A stretch of DNA of 64,000 bases. It comes from Lingula anatina. Lineage: Eukaryota > Animalia > Brachiopoda. A program made the position numbers and the translations under genes. Below the pieces are notes generated by a model. The model saw nothing but the letters and a program-made list of their open reading frames with translations. It made no database searches and was not told the DNA's origin. Numbering within the stretch: the stretch's first letter is position 1; each line of letters starts with the position of its first letter. The stretch is from positions 12,462,001 to 12,526,000 of the forward strand of contig CM120640.1 in assembly GCA_051362555.1 (NCBI GenBank). Reading direction: 5' to 3'. Positions 14,828 to 30,357 of this stretch are shown piece by piece.

Positions 14828-17800
14828 AACCCAGCGTAACTTAATGTACGAATGGTGAACAGCTGCCGGTATATAACATTTGGGTGTACATTGTTAAACA
14901 CTGATGTGTGTATTTTACTCTACTCGTGGTAGCTAATATTCTTCTCCTTCCTTTACCAATAGCCACGCTGATGCTTTAAAAAATACCTGACTAATAAATG
15001 CTTTGTAACTTTAAGAATTAGACTTAGAAAGATAAAGTTGAAAAAATTCAAACAGAAAATTTCAAATTTCAACGGATTTTGATTTAAAGAAACAGTCCTG
15101 GGGAAATAATGCAGCAGCATTTTTATTAAAATATTATCTGCACCTGTATGAAAGCTTTTTAAGAGATCAAATTACCTTTGACGTAAAATATACAAATTTT
15201 TACGAAAAGAAAATTTTAATGAACGGAAAAGAAGAAAATTCTGTTTTGTATCTAAGGGATTGTAATCATTGTATAAATAAAGTGAACACAGTGCATTATA
15301 CTTGTATAAGTATAAGATAATTTTCAGTTTTCACACTCCCATACACATAACGGGTAACTACATTATTGGACTAAATATATTTTATCGTCCATTTCTTCAC
15401 AGCTGTCACCGTTACTGATACTGAAGCGGTATTAAATTATATTGGGATGGCCAAAATAATTACTAATGTCTAATCGTTCATTACTGTCAGTTATTTTAAG
15501 AAGTGTACCGAAGTAACAGGCTGACGGGTACAAAATCGTCTGTCCGATAGATAGTTGGTTGCCAACCTGTGGAAAACTGACCACATGACAATTCCAAATG
15601 ATTTTGAAAGTTGTCATTTCAGGGGAGTATCATTTTTAACCACAAAAAGTCTAATTAATTGCATTATGTTACTTATTGCTACCTGACTTGTCTTTTGATA
15701 TGTTACTTGAATCAATTATATACATATGTATTTTGAAATTGAATTTATTGTATTCCTTGGTTTTATTCGTTTTAAAAATTTGTTTGGAGCTTTTATGTGT
15801 CAGAAACTACGTCGAGAATCGCTACATGTACCAGCGCCAAAAGAAAATGGATTGTTTTTTAAATTAAAACTGTTGAATCAATATAATAACTTTTTTTCAC
15901 AGTGACACGGAAAAAAGAGAACAACTCATTTGTAAGCAGTTAACTTAGTAATGATATCCGACCATAAATATGAATTTCAAGCAAGTTATAGATGTTTCGC
16001 TTAATGCTCTTTTAACGCTCGGAGCATTAACAACATCAAACGCGCGCATAGTTTAGGGGCTATTTCGGCACCTATCTCTAGTTGCGCGTGCAAGCTCCAG
16101 GACGAGGCGGCATTCTTTGCAACTTCGGCCCCACAGCAAAAGAACGCTTCCAGACACACATTATAAAACATTTCAGTTTGAAGGTCGAGCTACTTAGGCC
16201 AATTGTACCTGTTTTGAAACAGCTAATTGTGTGTTGAAAACCACCGTGGGTAAAAAAGGATATTTCATATAGCCATATCATATTTCCAAGTTGAGATTTA
16301 TAATGCGCGGAAGTTGTGTGATCGAAGTCAAGCAGACGATTTTTGAGATACATCATTAGGACACTGGTTAAGAGAAAATAATTTGTTTCGAAAATATTAT
16401 TCACGAAAGCAAAGATATAGGAAAAAATGAAATGCTAATTTGTCCTAAGTACAAAAAAGAAAAAAAAGGCTCTTGACCTGAACCGATTGTATAAACGCCT
16501 TCACTTTGCTTCGAGATCCGAGCCTGCTCGACGTGGTGTTCCTATTACACGCCAGTTTGTGTTTTATTGAACAACTTGAGTTTGACTTCTGTTTCAAGGG
16601 TGAAAGAAAAACCTTCATAGATATCCCCAATTTTCATTCCCACGACGTGCTCTATTGAAAAAGTTGGATGCTTTACCTGATTGTTTTTGAAGTCGGGGGC
16701 AAGTTTTTAGCGCAGAAATGATGCGGGGCGCAATGGCATTACCAGAGAGTCATAAGTTGCGGAGTATATGAAAGGTGCGATACGTGTCAAGAACCGAGGT
16801 AAACTGAGGCGGCACTTCTGGTAACGCTTCTCCTATCGGCCGTGGTAGACTGCCAAGCCTGCTGACTGGTCCTCTCCAGATCTCAGTGATGTTTGTATTG
16901 TTTACGCTATAGATTTTGCTGCCACGGACGCGAAAAACAATTAATGTTAATTACATTTAAATCAACGCTAAGTATGAGAGCGAGCGTTTTCTGTCTGTGA
17001 GAGCTGCCTGCCACCATGAGTTTTTATCGAAGATTTTGCTTTTTGTCGAGCTCCTTAATTTCACGGTGTGCTTTTGCTTGCCAGTCTTTTTCGCCACCCG
17101 GCTGACAAGAGGAAAATGAGTTTTTGAAAATGTCTGGCGCCCACCCACGAGGTAAAATATATCGATTCCTGGCTCTTTAGCGCCAATTCTTGGGAAGATT
17201 AGCCACCTCTTTATATGTTTCAAGCTAAAATGTCTTTCAGAATACCCAGTCCACCTCTTTGTGTTTTTTTTTCTTTATAAAAAATTATTTTAAAATAATT
17301 CAATTAATCTTTTTGAGAGTAGCATCTTTCATTCAGATTACATAGATGAAAATGATTGCATTTGTATGAATAATGAGCAGGCTTTTCAATTTTTGACTCT
17401 CTCGATAGCATTTTGCCAGCCGTCTCTACAACAAAAAGGCCAAAAGTTATAATAAATACTTATCGTATTTTAGAATCAGTCAAGTACCCAGCGTTATGGG
17501 GGGTTATTGAAAGAAGTTATCTAAGTTTGTTTATTAACAATGTGGACTCACCTGCTGGCGAGTTAAAGAACGTATCGAAGCCGCTAATACGGTTACGGGC
17601 AAAAGGCAGAGGTCGCGACGCAGAACTAAAGCATCATAAACACCCGGCTCATTCAAGAAAATGTTACATCATTATTATTGCGGACCCCAAGATATGATGT
17701 CAGATACACGTTTATTATTGTCTTCCGTTCGTTCTTGTGATGCTGGGTGATCATAATCTCTCGTTTTCGTCAATTAACAACAAGCGCGCTTTTACGTATT

Positions 17801-20465
17801 TCAAGATTGAATCGGTGTGCAAAACTTTATTTTTTCATGCTGCGACTCCTACGCTATCTTTTACGAGCCGTGAAATTCGGTTAGGCGTAAATTCAATCTG
17901 GCGATTGATAGTTGGGCCTCTCTTTAGCTAAAAGGGCATAAATCCAATTTTCTTCCTTTCAAGTAAGGTGTCGGAGTGCTAACAAAAATCCCATTTCACG
18001 CCGCATATAAGCCTGGGGACCCGCGCACGGAGCACAATAAAGTCAAAACGGAGATCAAGTAACGTATTAACAAATTATCACAATGGAAAGTGTATTTAGG
18101 ATAACATAACACCGGCCTTTGCTTCAGAGAGAGATGTAAGCGCAGATATTTGATGTTTTCCTAAGGGATGGTTTTGAATAAGAACTCACCAAGCTTGAAC
18201 GTGGCACTGGCTCTGGTATACGGAAATGCGTATGTTAAGAAAGCAGTGGGACAAGATCATATGGTGTCGCTATCAAAAAGTCATGTTTAAAGACGATCCG
18301 TGCACTTTTTACATGCCAAACTGTTATTTTACCTGTTATTATACCTGTGTAAAAATAAATGTCTATCTTCGACAAGATAGAAATGGTTCATGTGCATTTT
18401 CACCCAAACACTATCCCCTTATTAAGTGGTGACCAAATGTATTTGACTCAGAAATTAGTTTTTAAAAAATGAAACGTGCATAAAATTAATTGAGACAAGA
18501 ATGATAAACACAACCATAAATTTTCTTCGGTTAAAAAATAACTTACTCTAGCTTAATTCTTTTTCGATGTAGCTGATGACTTAAAATAGAAGACCGGACA
18601 GTCTTATGCCTAAAGTTGTTGGTAGGCAAGACACGGTCTGTGACATACAGGCGAATCAAAGAAGCCCAACACCTGCAGTTCAATAGGCTAACGACGGAAG
18701 CAATAACAACAAGCACTCAAGAAGCGCAACTTGCAGCCGAGCAATTAACCGCCTTCTAGTCGTGCTTCCCAAGACTTCCTTCTCGGTGGCAGTGTCACAG
18801 CGTTCCTTTGATGCGAGTCAAGGTGTCATACCATCACATCCACAGTGTGCACACCTGCATCGCTCCAAGACACATCACCACCGCATCCCGCCCTCGGCAA
18901 ACCTAAGCCACAAAAAGAAGGCCCTCTTTACTTAATTCCCTTAATTACCACGCATATTACTAACCGCTTAGCAATACCCACTAACAACTCCTTAGGCTAA
19001 GGCTGGTGTTGTGTTTAAAAAAGACGACCCTTTCTGTCGAGTTTGTCATGGAGAGGATTTGATAAATTACCGTAAATTACTCGTGGCCTGTGACACTTTT
19101 CAGAATTAACCTTCCCAGCGGGGGACTTGTTTTCTTGACTGCCTGGCCGGGGTCAAGGAGTTTTGACATTATCTTTACGTTGCATTAGATAAACGCCACT
19201 ATATGTCTTTTTCCTGTCTTTCTTTTTCGCGTGAAAGTGAAGTTCTTAACCGATTACACACTGGATGTGTCATTTTCTATAGAGCGAGTAAAAAAGACAT
19301 TGAGTTGCCATTTGCCTTTTTTACAACTATCTTTGACAGAGATGTTTTGAGGTGCAGTTTACGACTATCTGCGGCGTGGAGAAGAGTTACTCATAGAAAT
19401 AAGGGTAGGGCACTGCTGACGGAGACTGTTTTTAATTTCTTTCTGTATGTTGTTTTAAAGAACCCCACGAGCTTCATTAAGTCCATTATTATATTAATTT
19501 TCCTTTTTTTTATTCTTGTGATATTGGTGCAATGTTTTTGTTTTCCTTTTATTCCCCACTGTTCTGGGCGCAAGTCCTATATTCAAGCATTTTTTACTGT
19601 AGCTTTATATTATACCTGATGGCGAAATAGATGCGGATAATTATAATATTCCAATGATGATGATGACGATTATGATCGTGCTAATTATTTCTCCTGTGGT
19701 TTTATCGAATATATTATAAGTCAAAACTATGTAAAATGTTTTATTCTATCATAAATGTTTACACCATCTACCAGTTTTATTGAGACGAAAAATTCTTTGT
19801 CAGAAACAGTGGTTAGACCAGCAAGTTATGCCCGGGTCAGGCATTACATTGAAAGTCTGTGCCTTTTGTACATGTTTCCTTTTAAACAGTGAGACACAGG
19901 TAACGTTTCACTTAATTTCAGGTGTTTCCGGTGTGGTGCGAGACGTACTCTTAGCCTTTTGACAAAAAAGGTCCACGCAATCTGGTCCGGCAGAACAGAT
20001 GGGCGGACGAGACAGAGGAGAACGTTTGTTCATTGCGCAATAACATTGTATGGTTTTGAAAGCGGTTGGTGATATGGGCTAGACGAAATTTGTACTTATT
20101 ATATACCTTGAATTGTTCCCCACGTCACTAATATACTTTGTTTCATAATGTGTGTGCACCTTCTTCAACACGGCTGACCTTGCAGGTGTGGTTGTGGTTA
20201 CTTGAACAATGCTAGACTTAATATAAAATATATAAAATTTAATATTAAAATAAAAAAACGGTTGAAACGTATTTTGCAGATGCTTCATGTACATGTGTAA
20301 TGGCGAACGGCGAGCATATGTTTGCCCTCGCATAAGTACATTTTAAACTTTGGCAACTACACCTTGATTACAAATGAGAAAAAGCACACGTTATATGTTT
20401 GAGAAACCAAAATTAAATAACTTTTCTTTTGTGATTTCTAGTTTGGTATTTGAAGATCGAAGCAT

Positions 20466-20509
<44 letters not shown>

Positions 20510-23500
20510 TAAACAAGTGTCACTTGTTACCTGACCATTGTTTTTACACTAGTAAACGATGTGGAATAACCTTTATTCAAATACCTTACACATTAAAGAA
20601 CATTTTTGTTAGTTTTTTTGTTGACAGATTTTTTTACCAGTGAATTCATATGGTAAGTTGTAAGACGTATTGAACATCTAGAAAAAAATGTTTACAGTAA
20701 TTATCAGATAAATCTTCAATTCACCGGTTGTTGTAGTGCGGCATTTAGGGCATAATAAAATGTACAGCAGTTAAATTTTATACTTTCAGTGGCTCCTTGT
20801 CATAGTACGAAAACTCAAAAAGCCTCTTTCAAACTACTGGTAATGAGTTTCCTTATCAAAAGTGCAAAATCAAGTGTTTAACACGTCTGCTCCCCGGTGC
20901 CCGCGTCGGCCGTTCCCTTCCTATCGCCGCGATCTAACTCCGAGGCCGCCCAATAGTTGATCCACGCAGCTTGAACTCTCCTAGTTATTGGAGAGAGTGG
21001 ATACAGTTGCGATTTTAAAAAAAATCTAGATTATTTTATTTTATCTGCCCCTTTTTTCTAGTATTTAATTCCATATTAAGTTTTCTTTACTAGAAGGGTT
21101 ATGACGAGGTACGAAGGCTTTTGTAAGAAGACGTCTTGTCACAAGGCGCTGTCGCCTTGACAACAGTGTGACAACTGCGACCCATCCCAATTTGACAGGT
21201 AAAAAATTGCATGCGATGTGAAAAGCGATCTGCCTTCGATCTGAGAGCATGCTGTGCTTACTACCAGATGTATTTCCGAAATTCGTCTCGGCCCGGTCTA
21301 AATTGATCCTCCATTCTTCTGTAAACAGAGAGGCGATTCATTTGATACTTAAATGATAGTCATCACTCTACAGAGTCATTCACTTCCCAACAGGCGGGTT
21401 GCGTGAGAGGAGCAGATCGCTTACAACCACAACAATAACCACTGTACGGAAAGCCTGGAAAATTGCCTCTAATCACTGTAAGAATTAGCAAGTTGTAAAT
21501 CATTAAATGCTTATCGCCCTGGCTCAAATATCGATAATACACTGTTTTCAAACAGTAATGACGAGGAAATTAAAACGACAGGGGACGCGTACTATGGCTT
21601 GCCATTCAGGTGTCATATCAAGAGCGTGATGGGATAAGATAGGATAGGGAAAAGATGTCCTTCAACTACTGAATATCTGCTACAGGAACGATTTCTTGGA
21701 CCAAAAATGAAATGATTAGCAAAAATATATATATATAAATATGTATATTTTTTCTTTTCGCTGATAAAAACGATTTTCTTGTCTGACTTTCAGAATAAAT
21801 GAATAAACAAAATCTACGCTTTGAAAGTTCTGTTTGTTTGAGGAAATTTTGTAACAAATATTCCTGTAACAAATAAATTCATTTACATAAAATAGTATTT
21901 TGGAATTGATTATTTATTTTTAACGAGAACTTCAATTTAGGAGCTTTGTCTGTCGGGCATTTTTCTTATGTCATTTTTTCAAATGCCACATATACTCATA
22001 ACCTGTCAAATGTTCAGATAACCCGGTTAAATTCACCGTTGTCATCTTTTTTTTTTTTTTTTTTTGGGGGGGGGGGGGGAGTTGCGGTGAGTAGAGAAAG
22101 GACATTTCGCCAAGACGTTTATTTCATGTGTCTTGAGAAATCACAGGCCTGTAAGCCACACCTGTGAAAGTTGACCCTTCCTTCCGATTGTTCCTGGTTT
22201 TGTTGTACCTGCTGTAGGTAGAGAGCGACAGAACGGCAACTTGTAATTTCACTTTCTTCTCTAAACATTTGTAAACTTGCGTATTGATTTCGCCCTAATG
22301 TGTTTAATTCAATGGTCGGTCATTCTGCGGTCCTTGTGCTTTATCGGTCAGGATTGTTCGCCCATTTTCCTCGCCTGACTGGTTTTGTAATGTTCCTCAA
22401 TCAGTTTGGGCCAGACTATTTAATTTACCGATCAATGATCATAAAATAATTGCTCGGCGGTTGGGTAAAGAAACATGGTGTCCACTTTCTCAACAGTCCC
22501 CTTTAAACCTGAGTTAAATTGTTCAGCACCTCTATTAATACGACTTGTATTTATATTTTCCCGTCAAAAGATCGATCTTTTAACCAGTATTAACAGTGTC
22601 AGAATAAATCTAATTTTCCAGGCCAATTGAGGCATTGAGAGCTATTTGAAAAGAATTCTTTTGTCCTGAATAGAGAAATTAATGGAAACCGCTCGCGTTA
22701 GGCCCCCACCATTAGAGAAAGTTTGTGTATTAGGAAGCGATGTGGATACTGTTTCCTTTTACGCCGAACACCTTGGAATAACATTTTTGTGATACCGGCA
22801 AAAATCAAATAGTAAAAGTTTATTTTACCTTTCTCTCTTGTTTAAGTAAATATTGTCCCGTATTTACAGAAATATTAGAAACGATGCCGCCCCTCGAATT
22901 GTTACTTGACCCGCACGCGTCCCCCTTGCACTTGTTAAAAGGCGTGATGATGAATAGGGGGTTTTGAAGCGTCGGTGCATACTTCATTCGTTTATATTTG
23001 CAGAAATTATATAACATATTATCGTTATGAGATTAGGTATTTTCCGAACAATAGGATGTGTTCCAAAGACACCTTGATTGGAAATAACTTTAAGGAAAGT
23101 TATTGCTTTCAGATAAGAGATGTAGTTTTTTTTATGTAAAAATTAGATTATTGTCTTATAAATATGGAGTATTTAAAAAAAACTGTTAAAAGTTTAGAGG
23201 ATTCCATTGTGTCTGTTATCCCCCTACTGCATCCTTGAACTCCTCTTTCGTGTTTAAAACAAAATCAGAAATCCGACAAAACAGCTTTGCGAAGCACTTA
23301 TCAGTCTTTCCACTTAGTATCAATATCAGCATTAATGTATTACCACGGGATCTGATACATTACTGTTACAAGTAGAGAGAGCAGACGGGTAACGGTGGTC
23401 GTTATCAGATTATCATCTCATTAACCAATTAAGCAGTCAGCCACCCATATTGCACCGCAGACACTATCGCTTTATTGTCCACTCGGGTTGTATTTACAGC

Positions 23501-26500
23501 CTGTTTAGATGAAGCGATGATAAAACCCAGACCATACCGCACCACTTTGGCGGCTTGTTTGCGCTTTGAAAAAAAAGGAAGAAAAAAATATGATAATAAG
23601 CTTTGATATCGCACAAAATGGTATGCGTTATGTTGAGGCTTACTTGAAAGTGAGGGCTTGATTTTTGTTCAATTATGCTAACATTCACAAATATTGTTTC
23701 TCCATTTTCTTTTATGCCACGCTGCATTCGCTTTCATGTAGATATAAAACCCAACCCGCTTTAACTTTATATCAACTAATATAGAAAAAACAACGAATTG
23801 GTTTAGTTGACTTCCCTTCTCCTTTGAGGTTTCATATATTTAGGTTTAAAAGCTCTATTTTACATAGCAAACATCTCGAAGAGTCTGATTACTTTAATAT
23901 ATCAATAAGACCAAACTATTAATCACAACCTAATAAAAATAAGAATGTAGGCTAAAAATAGTATGAATAAATGTATCCAAATATACATATTCAAAACTGT
24001 TAGAAGCTAGGTTTAATGAAATGTGGCTTTATCATTATTTTTTTATTTTGTGATAAAAGCTTTGGGGTCAACACAGGGTATTCAAGTTTCCATAGGGTGA
24101 AAACGATTTGAAAAATCGTTAATAACGAAACTGCATTTTATGAAATATTCATTCTTAAATGCATCTTACCGCTATCATATTTCATAACCCACCCATTAAA
24201 CAGGAGCAGGTAACTCACTGTCAAAAAACAAGAGCGTGCCTCAGAGGAAGCAGAGGCAGTAATAAATCACAATCTTCCACCATCCTTCCCTCGTCGCTTT
24301 ATCGACCTCTTTATCATCTCCATTAAGCGTTAATGACTATCTTTTCTAAATTAAAAAGCTTCTTTTAAAGGCATCAGACTCTATCAATCGCTCATCATTA
24401 TTTTACGCTTGTTTAGCGGACCCTGGAGGCGCATAAGAATTGATTAAAACTCCATCTTGTATCCCGTGAGATCGTGTCCATTAATTAAGGTTTAATAGCT
24501 GTGTGATTACAAGTGTTTGCAAGACAAACAATGCCACGCAGCGGTAATTGACTTCGAATTATGCAAAGCAGAGGGGAAATTTGTAAAGTGACGTTAGCTT
24601 GCGAAGAGCTCAATGTGGACGGCGTGAGCTCGATTTGGATCGTTGCTGTATTATTCTGGTGCTCTTTTTCGTCCGGAACATTGTTGATGGGGTTTTGAGG
24701 TTATGAGACCCTTAACACATACTTGTCCTGTAATAGCAGCATTGATCTTTAAAAAAAATTGCGTCTGTAACAAACCCTGATACGGCAATGCAAATAACGT
24801 GTATTGACTTAAACATGACAAATGAATTAAGTTAGAAGAAAGAAAAAGCGTTGTAACTATTAGCAGTAAACCTCGTTAATTAAAACAAATGTTCTTAAAA
24901 TCCATACCACTGTTTATTGGTTCGACTTGTCTTTTAAAATACGGGTGCTGTATTACTAATTTAACAGACACTGTTACAGAATCATCAATTCATCCATGAT
25001 ATTAAAGTCACAAAAATAATAACCCAATGTGGACTTCGTTATTTTTAATCACAAAAAAATCTAAGTCTATCAGCGTCTGTTGCGGAGGTTCTCTTTAGTT
25101 CCTGTATCATAAGGTCCTCAATATGTTTTCCTAGTCAGATTGCTAATGAGCGCTAATTATACGTTAGCAATGCAGCACCCTTGAGCACGGCACGAAACGC
25201 GCACTGCCACAAGGTACTTTTGTGCGCATATTTCTGTATGGACTCCGTTCGACAGGCTAGTCGTATGAGGATGAGACACCAACAAAAAATTCGCCAGGTC
25301 AACATAAATGTTCAGAAGCAGTCTTTGCCCGAGAGTGCTTTATGTTTCAGGTTTTGATGGCCTCCCCATCGCTCTCATTTGTATCGTATGTTATGTTTTA
25401 TACATAATGACTATTCCATGATACTGGGATTATATGTAAAACTGGTATTTTAAATGCTATCTTAAATGATTAATGGTTTTTGGGACTAAGTTCGAAAATT
25501 ACTTTCCAGGGAATGCACTCTTCTTTTGCTGTCTGCCCCATTTCAAATTGGCTTTTATCAACATTGCACCCCAACCGCTATTTAGTTTTCCCGTTTCTTT
25601 CTTTCTTTCTTTCTTTCACAACGCCTTTCTTTAATACGTTCTCTTCATTTTATTTCATCTTTGATTTAGTGGACACAATGGCACCTAGAGAAAATATGCG
25701 ATCAAAATGGACAGCAGTGTTGTGCACTGACTATTCCCCACTTGGTCAAGAGTTAATAGGTTACCCAAACAGTTATAAGTACCTTAAGAAGTTGTATCCA
25801 TTTCCCGTACACAAACACGCACATATTAACGCGTATAGATCAGTAAATTGTGTATCAACCGACCATTTTCTCACACATAATTACACTTTCTATCTCCCGT
25901 AATTAAGTGTGTAATTTCAGATTTTTGTCCTTACTTCAATAGCCCGAAACTTCATTTCCGCTGGTTAACTATCCCCAGCGTTTAACTCGGTGAGTCTGTA
26001 CTCCGTCACCGCGGTAAATGAATCTGTCCGAAATGACTGTCGTCTTGACACCTGACAAACTTGAGCGCAGGTCTGTTTAACTCGAAGACTGATGGAGCAT
26101 AATTACCCCTGATTTTTAACAAAAGATAATGATAAGGTGATCACTGTGGTTTGCTAAACTTCTTTGTGTCAAGTGTCTCGGCTTGGCTTGTTGAGCCTTC
26201 ATTACGACCAGCAATAGATCATTGTCAACCTCGTCAGTTTCATAATGGCATTGGATTCAGCTCCTCCCGCCATTTTAGTCCCCCCTCCTAAACACCCGTT
26301 TTATCAGTCACGGCTATTTTCTCCATTATCTCACCGTTAATAATATCACATAGCTATCAGTGGTTAGCAAAGGGAAGCCGGGATTCAAGAGTGAAGCGGG
26401 GCGTAGCAAGTTGTTGTTATTCTATTCAACTTGTATCCATCTAAGTTGGCTAACCCCATTGATATCGTCCCATTCGTGCGGATTAAGTTGCTTTCTTGCT

Positions 26501-27026
26501 TCACACCGTTTTGTAAGAGCGTTTCTGTTGTATTAAGAAGTGTTGTGTTCGTAAGCCACTTCATACGACACCCTTTTACTGATCAGGAAAATAAATCATC
26601 CTAAATAAACAGTGCCTTTAATCGAATTTGTATTGAAAGGCACTGCAACTAAATGCAATTCTGTTCAACTGTCCGTGAAGATTGACGTTACTTTTACTCT
26701 TTTTCATGTCAACTTTCGATGATGTTGCCTGAGCAATTAGCCACCTTAATTATCTTGCCATTTACTTTAATTACCACTGCCTATTGTTTTATTCACGCCC
26801 GATAAACAGTCATCATATTCGCAGACATGATTTATCCATTAATTGAGCTACACCGGTGATTAAACAAAGTCAAGTTAGTGATGAAAAATCTGTTGCCATT
26901 TATTGCTTCTTTCGAAAAACAGCGGCCATCAATAATTGAACAAATGTGTATGTATGAAACATTAACTACATCTTCGAACATACTTTTTCCAGCAACACGA
27001 CTATCCTGAGGCGAAAGATCAAATTT

Positions 27027-27080
27027 CCGACCAATCAGCTTCTAGCTTTAATGACCCCGAGGTCGACGCCGACCAATCAT
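27027..27080 (+). promoter_or_regulatory. Tandem CCAAT boxes (NF-Y-type) in the Emx proximal promoter
   Basis: CCGACCAATCA occurs twice (CCAAT at 27031 and 27073, 42 bp apart), about 275-320 bp upstream of the Emx ATG. Confidence 0.6.
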
Positions 27081-27347
27081 GGCACAGAAGAGGTGTAAGT
27101 AAACATACTGTTCAATGATAGTGTAATAATTTAGGTAATTAGCCTATCACACGGCGTTAACAGCACAAATAGACCTCACGGCCTGCGATCATTGCCACAG
27201 TCCTAGAGACCTAGGGAGTTAGAGACCCGATGGAGAGTCAGTGACGGAGTGAAAAAAAGAGCCTGAGATTTATTACGGATTTTTACCCGAGTAGGACTCT
27301 ACTCCTGGTGTTTATAAAGATTCATAGCCTATTTGGAAACAGTGACG

Positions 27348-27783
27348 ATGCATCCAGTTGTACCTCAAGCAAAGAGACCCAATGGTTTTAGCATAGACTC
27401 CTTGATGGGAAAGGAGGCGAGAGCCGCACACACGCCTACATCGTCCAGCGAGGCCGTCCTGTCAAACAGAGACGGCCTAGGACTCGGCAGCAGCTTTCAT
27501 CCCGTAACGTCATCCAGCACTTTACTCGGAATGAAAGGATTGTATGATCCCCAGGCCTTCCTCGCAGAGGCAGGGTTTGGATTAGGACATTTTGGAATGG
27601 CTAGCCACCCGGCGTTCGCGGGGGCTCTTCACCACGCGGCAGTGGCTGCAGCTGCCCTCCCCGCACACGCCTCTCCGGCCCCGCTTCACCCAATGCTCCT
27701 TGGCAATCCACAGCGAGAACCGTTCCCTTTCTATCCTTGGCTGATGTCTAGGCATGGCGGATATCTGGCACACAGATTTGCAG
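27348..27783 (+). CDS. Emx: Emx (empty spiracles) homeobox protein, exon 1
   Basis: MHPVVPQAKRPNGFSIDSLM (eh1 motif), Ala/His-rich stretch, FYPWL hexapeptide-like motif, HRF; phase-1 donor GCAG|GTGGGT. Confidence 0.92.
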
Positions 27784-30187
27784 GTGGGTTGGCTGGAAGG
27801 GATCCGGGCTCGAAAATTACCACAGTAATGTCGAATCACAATAGCTGTCCAGTTTCGTCAAAATTTTAATGTCTATATGATGACCAAAAATTGACTCTCT
27901 CGCCCGAAGATTAAAACAAATTATCAGCTAATAATCGGACGTGTTCTGTTTGAAAGCACGGGGTGAAATGTGAGTCAGTGCTGGTCAGGGCTTCCTAATG
28001 ATTAAAATATTCATACATCACCAAAGCAAAATGGGTTAACAAGTGAATGCTTAGTGTACACTTAGAAAAATTACGGGGAAAAAAGGCTGTCTCGATTATG
28101 ACTGTCACACTTAAGTCACTAATTGCCTTCGATCGACGGAGTATTATGCAGTTAATAGTCGCTTTTAGGCGCGGAATTGATGATAAAACAACTAAAATAA
28201 AATTTTATTACTGTCGAGATAAACCTCAGGCTGAGCTATGATCGCCACTTGGTGTTTGCCCCGGGCGCCAGCAGCACTGGTTGTAAAAATAAAATACAAA
28301 GGAAAACGAATGAGCCTTTTACTGCTTTGACAGACTGTTAAAAGACATTTTTACATCGCACAATTTTCATCGTCCACATAAAAAGCAAATATATTTTTGT
28401 GATTTGAGGTTTTTATCTAGATATTGAGACCCTCTTTGGTGACAATAAATTTTTGCTTCCTTTTGCCTTTTATATTAGAAGTCAAACCAAAAACTCTCCC
28501 AATTATTCGCGATTTTACTCTTGTTTACTAATTTGCCACTTTTTTCGAATCACGTCTCATATTCCTCATAGAATTATTTGAGCGCGAAGCCTCGATAGAA
28601 AGCAAAATGGTGCAATTAATATATCAAAAGAATAATGTTTATGAACAATTCTTTTGAATGTCTCCTGGTAATAAACGTATATTATTTTCATATGCTGCTG
28701 CATGTATTACCCAGTACCGCCTAGCCTTTTTTTCTAAAATTAAAGTCAATTTTACGTCACAAATGTCTTCTGGCACAGTGCAAACTGCGTTAAAAAATAA
28801 GATTTGTCACGTGAATAAGATGGTAATTTACTACAATTAACAGTGCAAGTGTAGTGACTAAAAGGGCATCAGATGGAAGCTTTAGTTCATGACTTTCAGT
28901 CATCGCAAGTAATTTACAAGAAACAGTCTGCCAGATTTGTTTCTCTTCTGCACATTATTAATATGAACTCGGAATTTGCACACTCTTATGACGATTTATA
29001 CGTAAGAGACGAAACCAGCAGAATATTTTACAAAATTCAAAATATTTAAAATAAGATAAAAAAAGGAATGGAATTGAACAAATGAAATAAAATAATGAAT
29101 AAAAGATGAAATCATACGCAAATTAGTTGCTGTCAAGCTTCATCTCAGCTTTCGTGCTGTTTATTAGTTTGTTATATTGTTTTGTTAAATAATTGCGAGG
29201 TGTCCCACAAGAAAATGAATATATTTTCCTTTGGAGATCTTTGAAAAAGGCGTCAATAATTTTCTTAAAATTCAATCATAATTTACGTAATGGTGATGCA
29301 ACAAAGACTGGGGAGGCACTGGGGAACTTGTATAACAGCGGGTAGATCCTAAGAACTAAGTTAATACAGTTTTATGCGCTGCTCACAAAAACGAGAGTCT
29401 TGAAGTCTTTATGCAATTGATTTCCAGCTTAGACTCGCTGACTTAGGAAAATCAGCGCTGACAATGCAGCTAGGCGCGTGTAAATATACCACAATTATTT
29501 ACGAACGTAATTGGATTACCATATTCCCACTAACTTGTTTATAGACAAACAAATCTAATAGCATTTGATAAATTAAATACACGCGTATTTCACTACTTGA
29601 ACAATACTTAAAGACTTTATTGACCACAATAGGAGTTGAAGAGTCTGTTGTTCTTCGATCTTCCCGCCTCTGAAGAAGATCATATTCATGGCCGAAAGCT
29701 GTCGAGTATACTCAGTGCCTCGATGCGGAAGTCAGTAATTTCAAAACGATAAATATATTAAATGCAATCAAGGCAGATTTCCTAATTTAATCAATTTTTG
29801 TTTGAGTACCTAAATTGAAGTAGCTGCTGAAAATGATCATCACCATAACAACAGAGTGTTATTTTTCTTTCTCCCTTTTTAAGTTCTATCCTCATAAAAT
29901 GTAGCCTTTTTATGCAAAAATTTTAATTTTACTCATGCTTAGTTAATGTAAGATAAGTATGTTTATTTCAGAATAAAAATATCACAAACATAAACAAGAT
30001 TCCATGTTAGGAAGAAATGCATGATGTATATCATTGAAATAAACTTAATTTTTCATAGTTGAAATATTCAGTATAAAAACACAAATACAAGAAGTGAATA
30101 TATAACTTTATCACGCACAAAACAACTCATTATACATCCCATTGTATTTAACTTCATTTTTATGGACAGATTTCCTGTACATTTTAG

Positions 30188-30357
30188 GTCCCGAGACAAG
30201 TTTACTACTTCAGCCCTTCCGCAAACCAAAGCGAATCCGGACAGCGTTTTCCCCGTCACAGCTTCTGCGACTTGAGCATGCTTTTGAAAAGAACCATTAC
30301 GTGGTGGGACAGGAGAGGAAAGAGCTGGCAGCTAGCCTAAATCTATCAGAAACACAG
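30188..30357 (+). CDS. Emx: Emx exon 2 (homeodomain helices 1-2)
   Basis: TTTTAG acceptor in phase 1; [48 protein letters not shown] is diagnostic of Emx; donor CAG|GTAAGT in phase 0. Confidence 0.97.

Noticed and set aside
20374-20643. Poly-Phe ORF (also the poly-F/G ORF at 21946-22167)
   Set aside because: Artefacts of poly-T and poly-G homopolymer runs.
27784-27869. ORF-track extension of Emx exon 1 to 27869 (and similar extensions at 30142-30402 and 50506-51333)
   Set aside because: Read-through into introns beyond clear splice sites.
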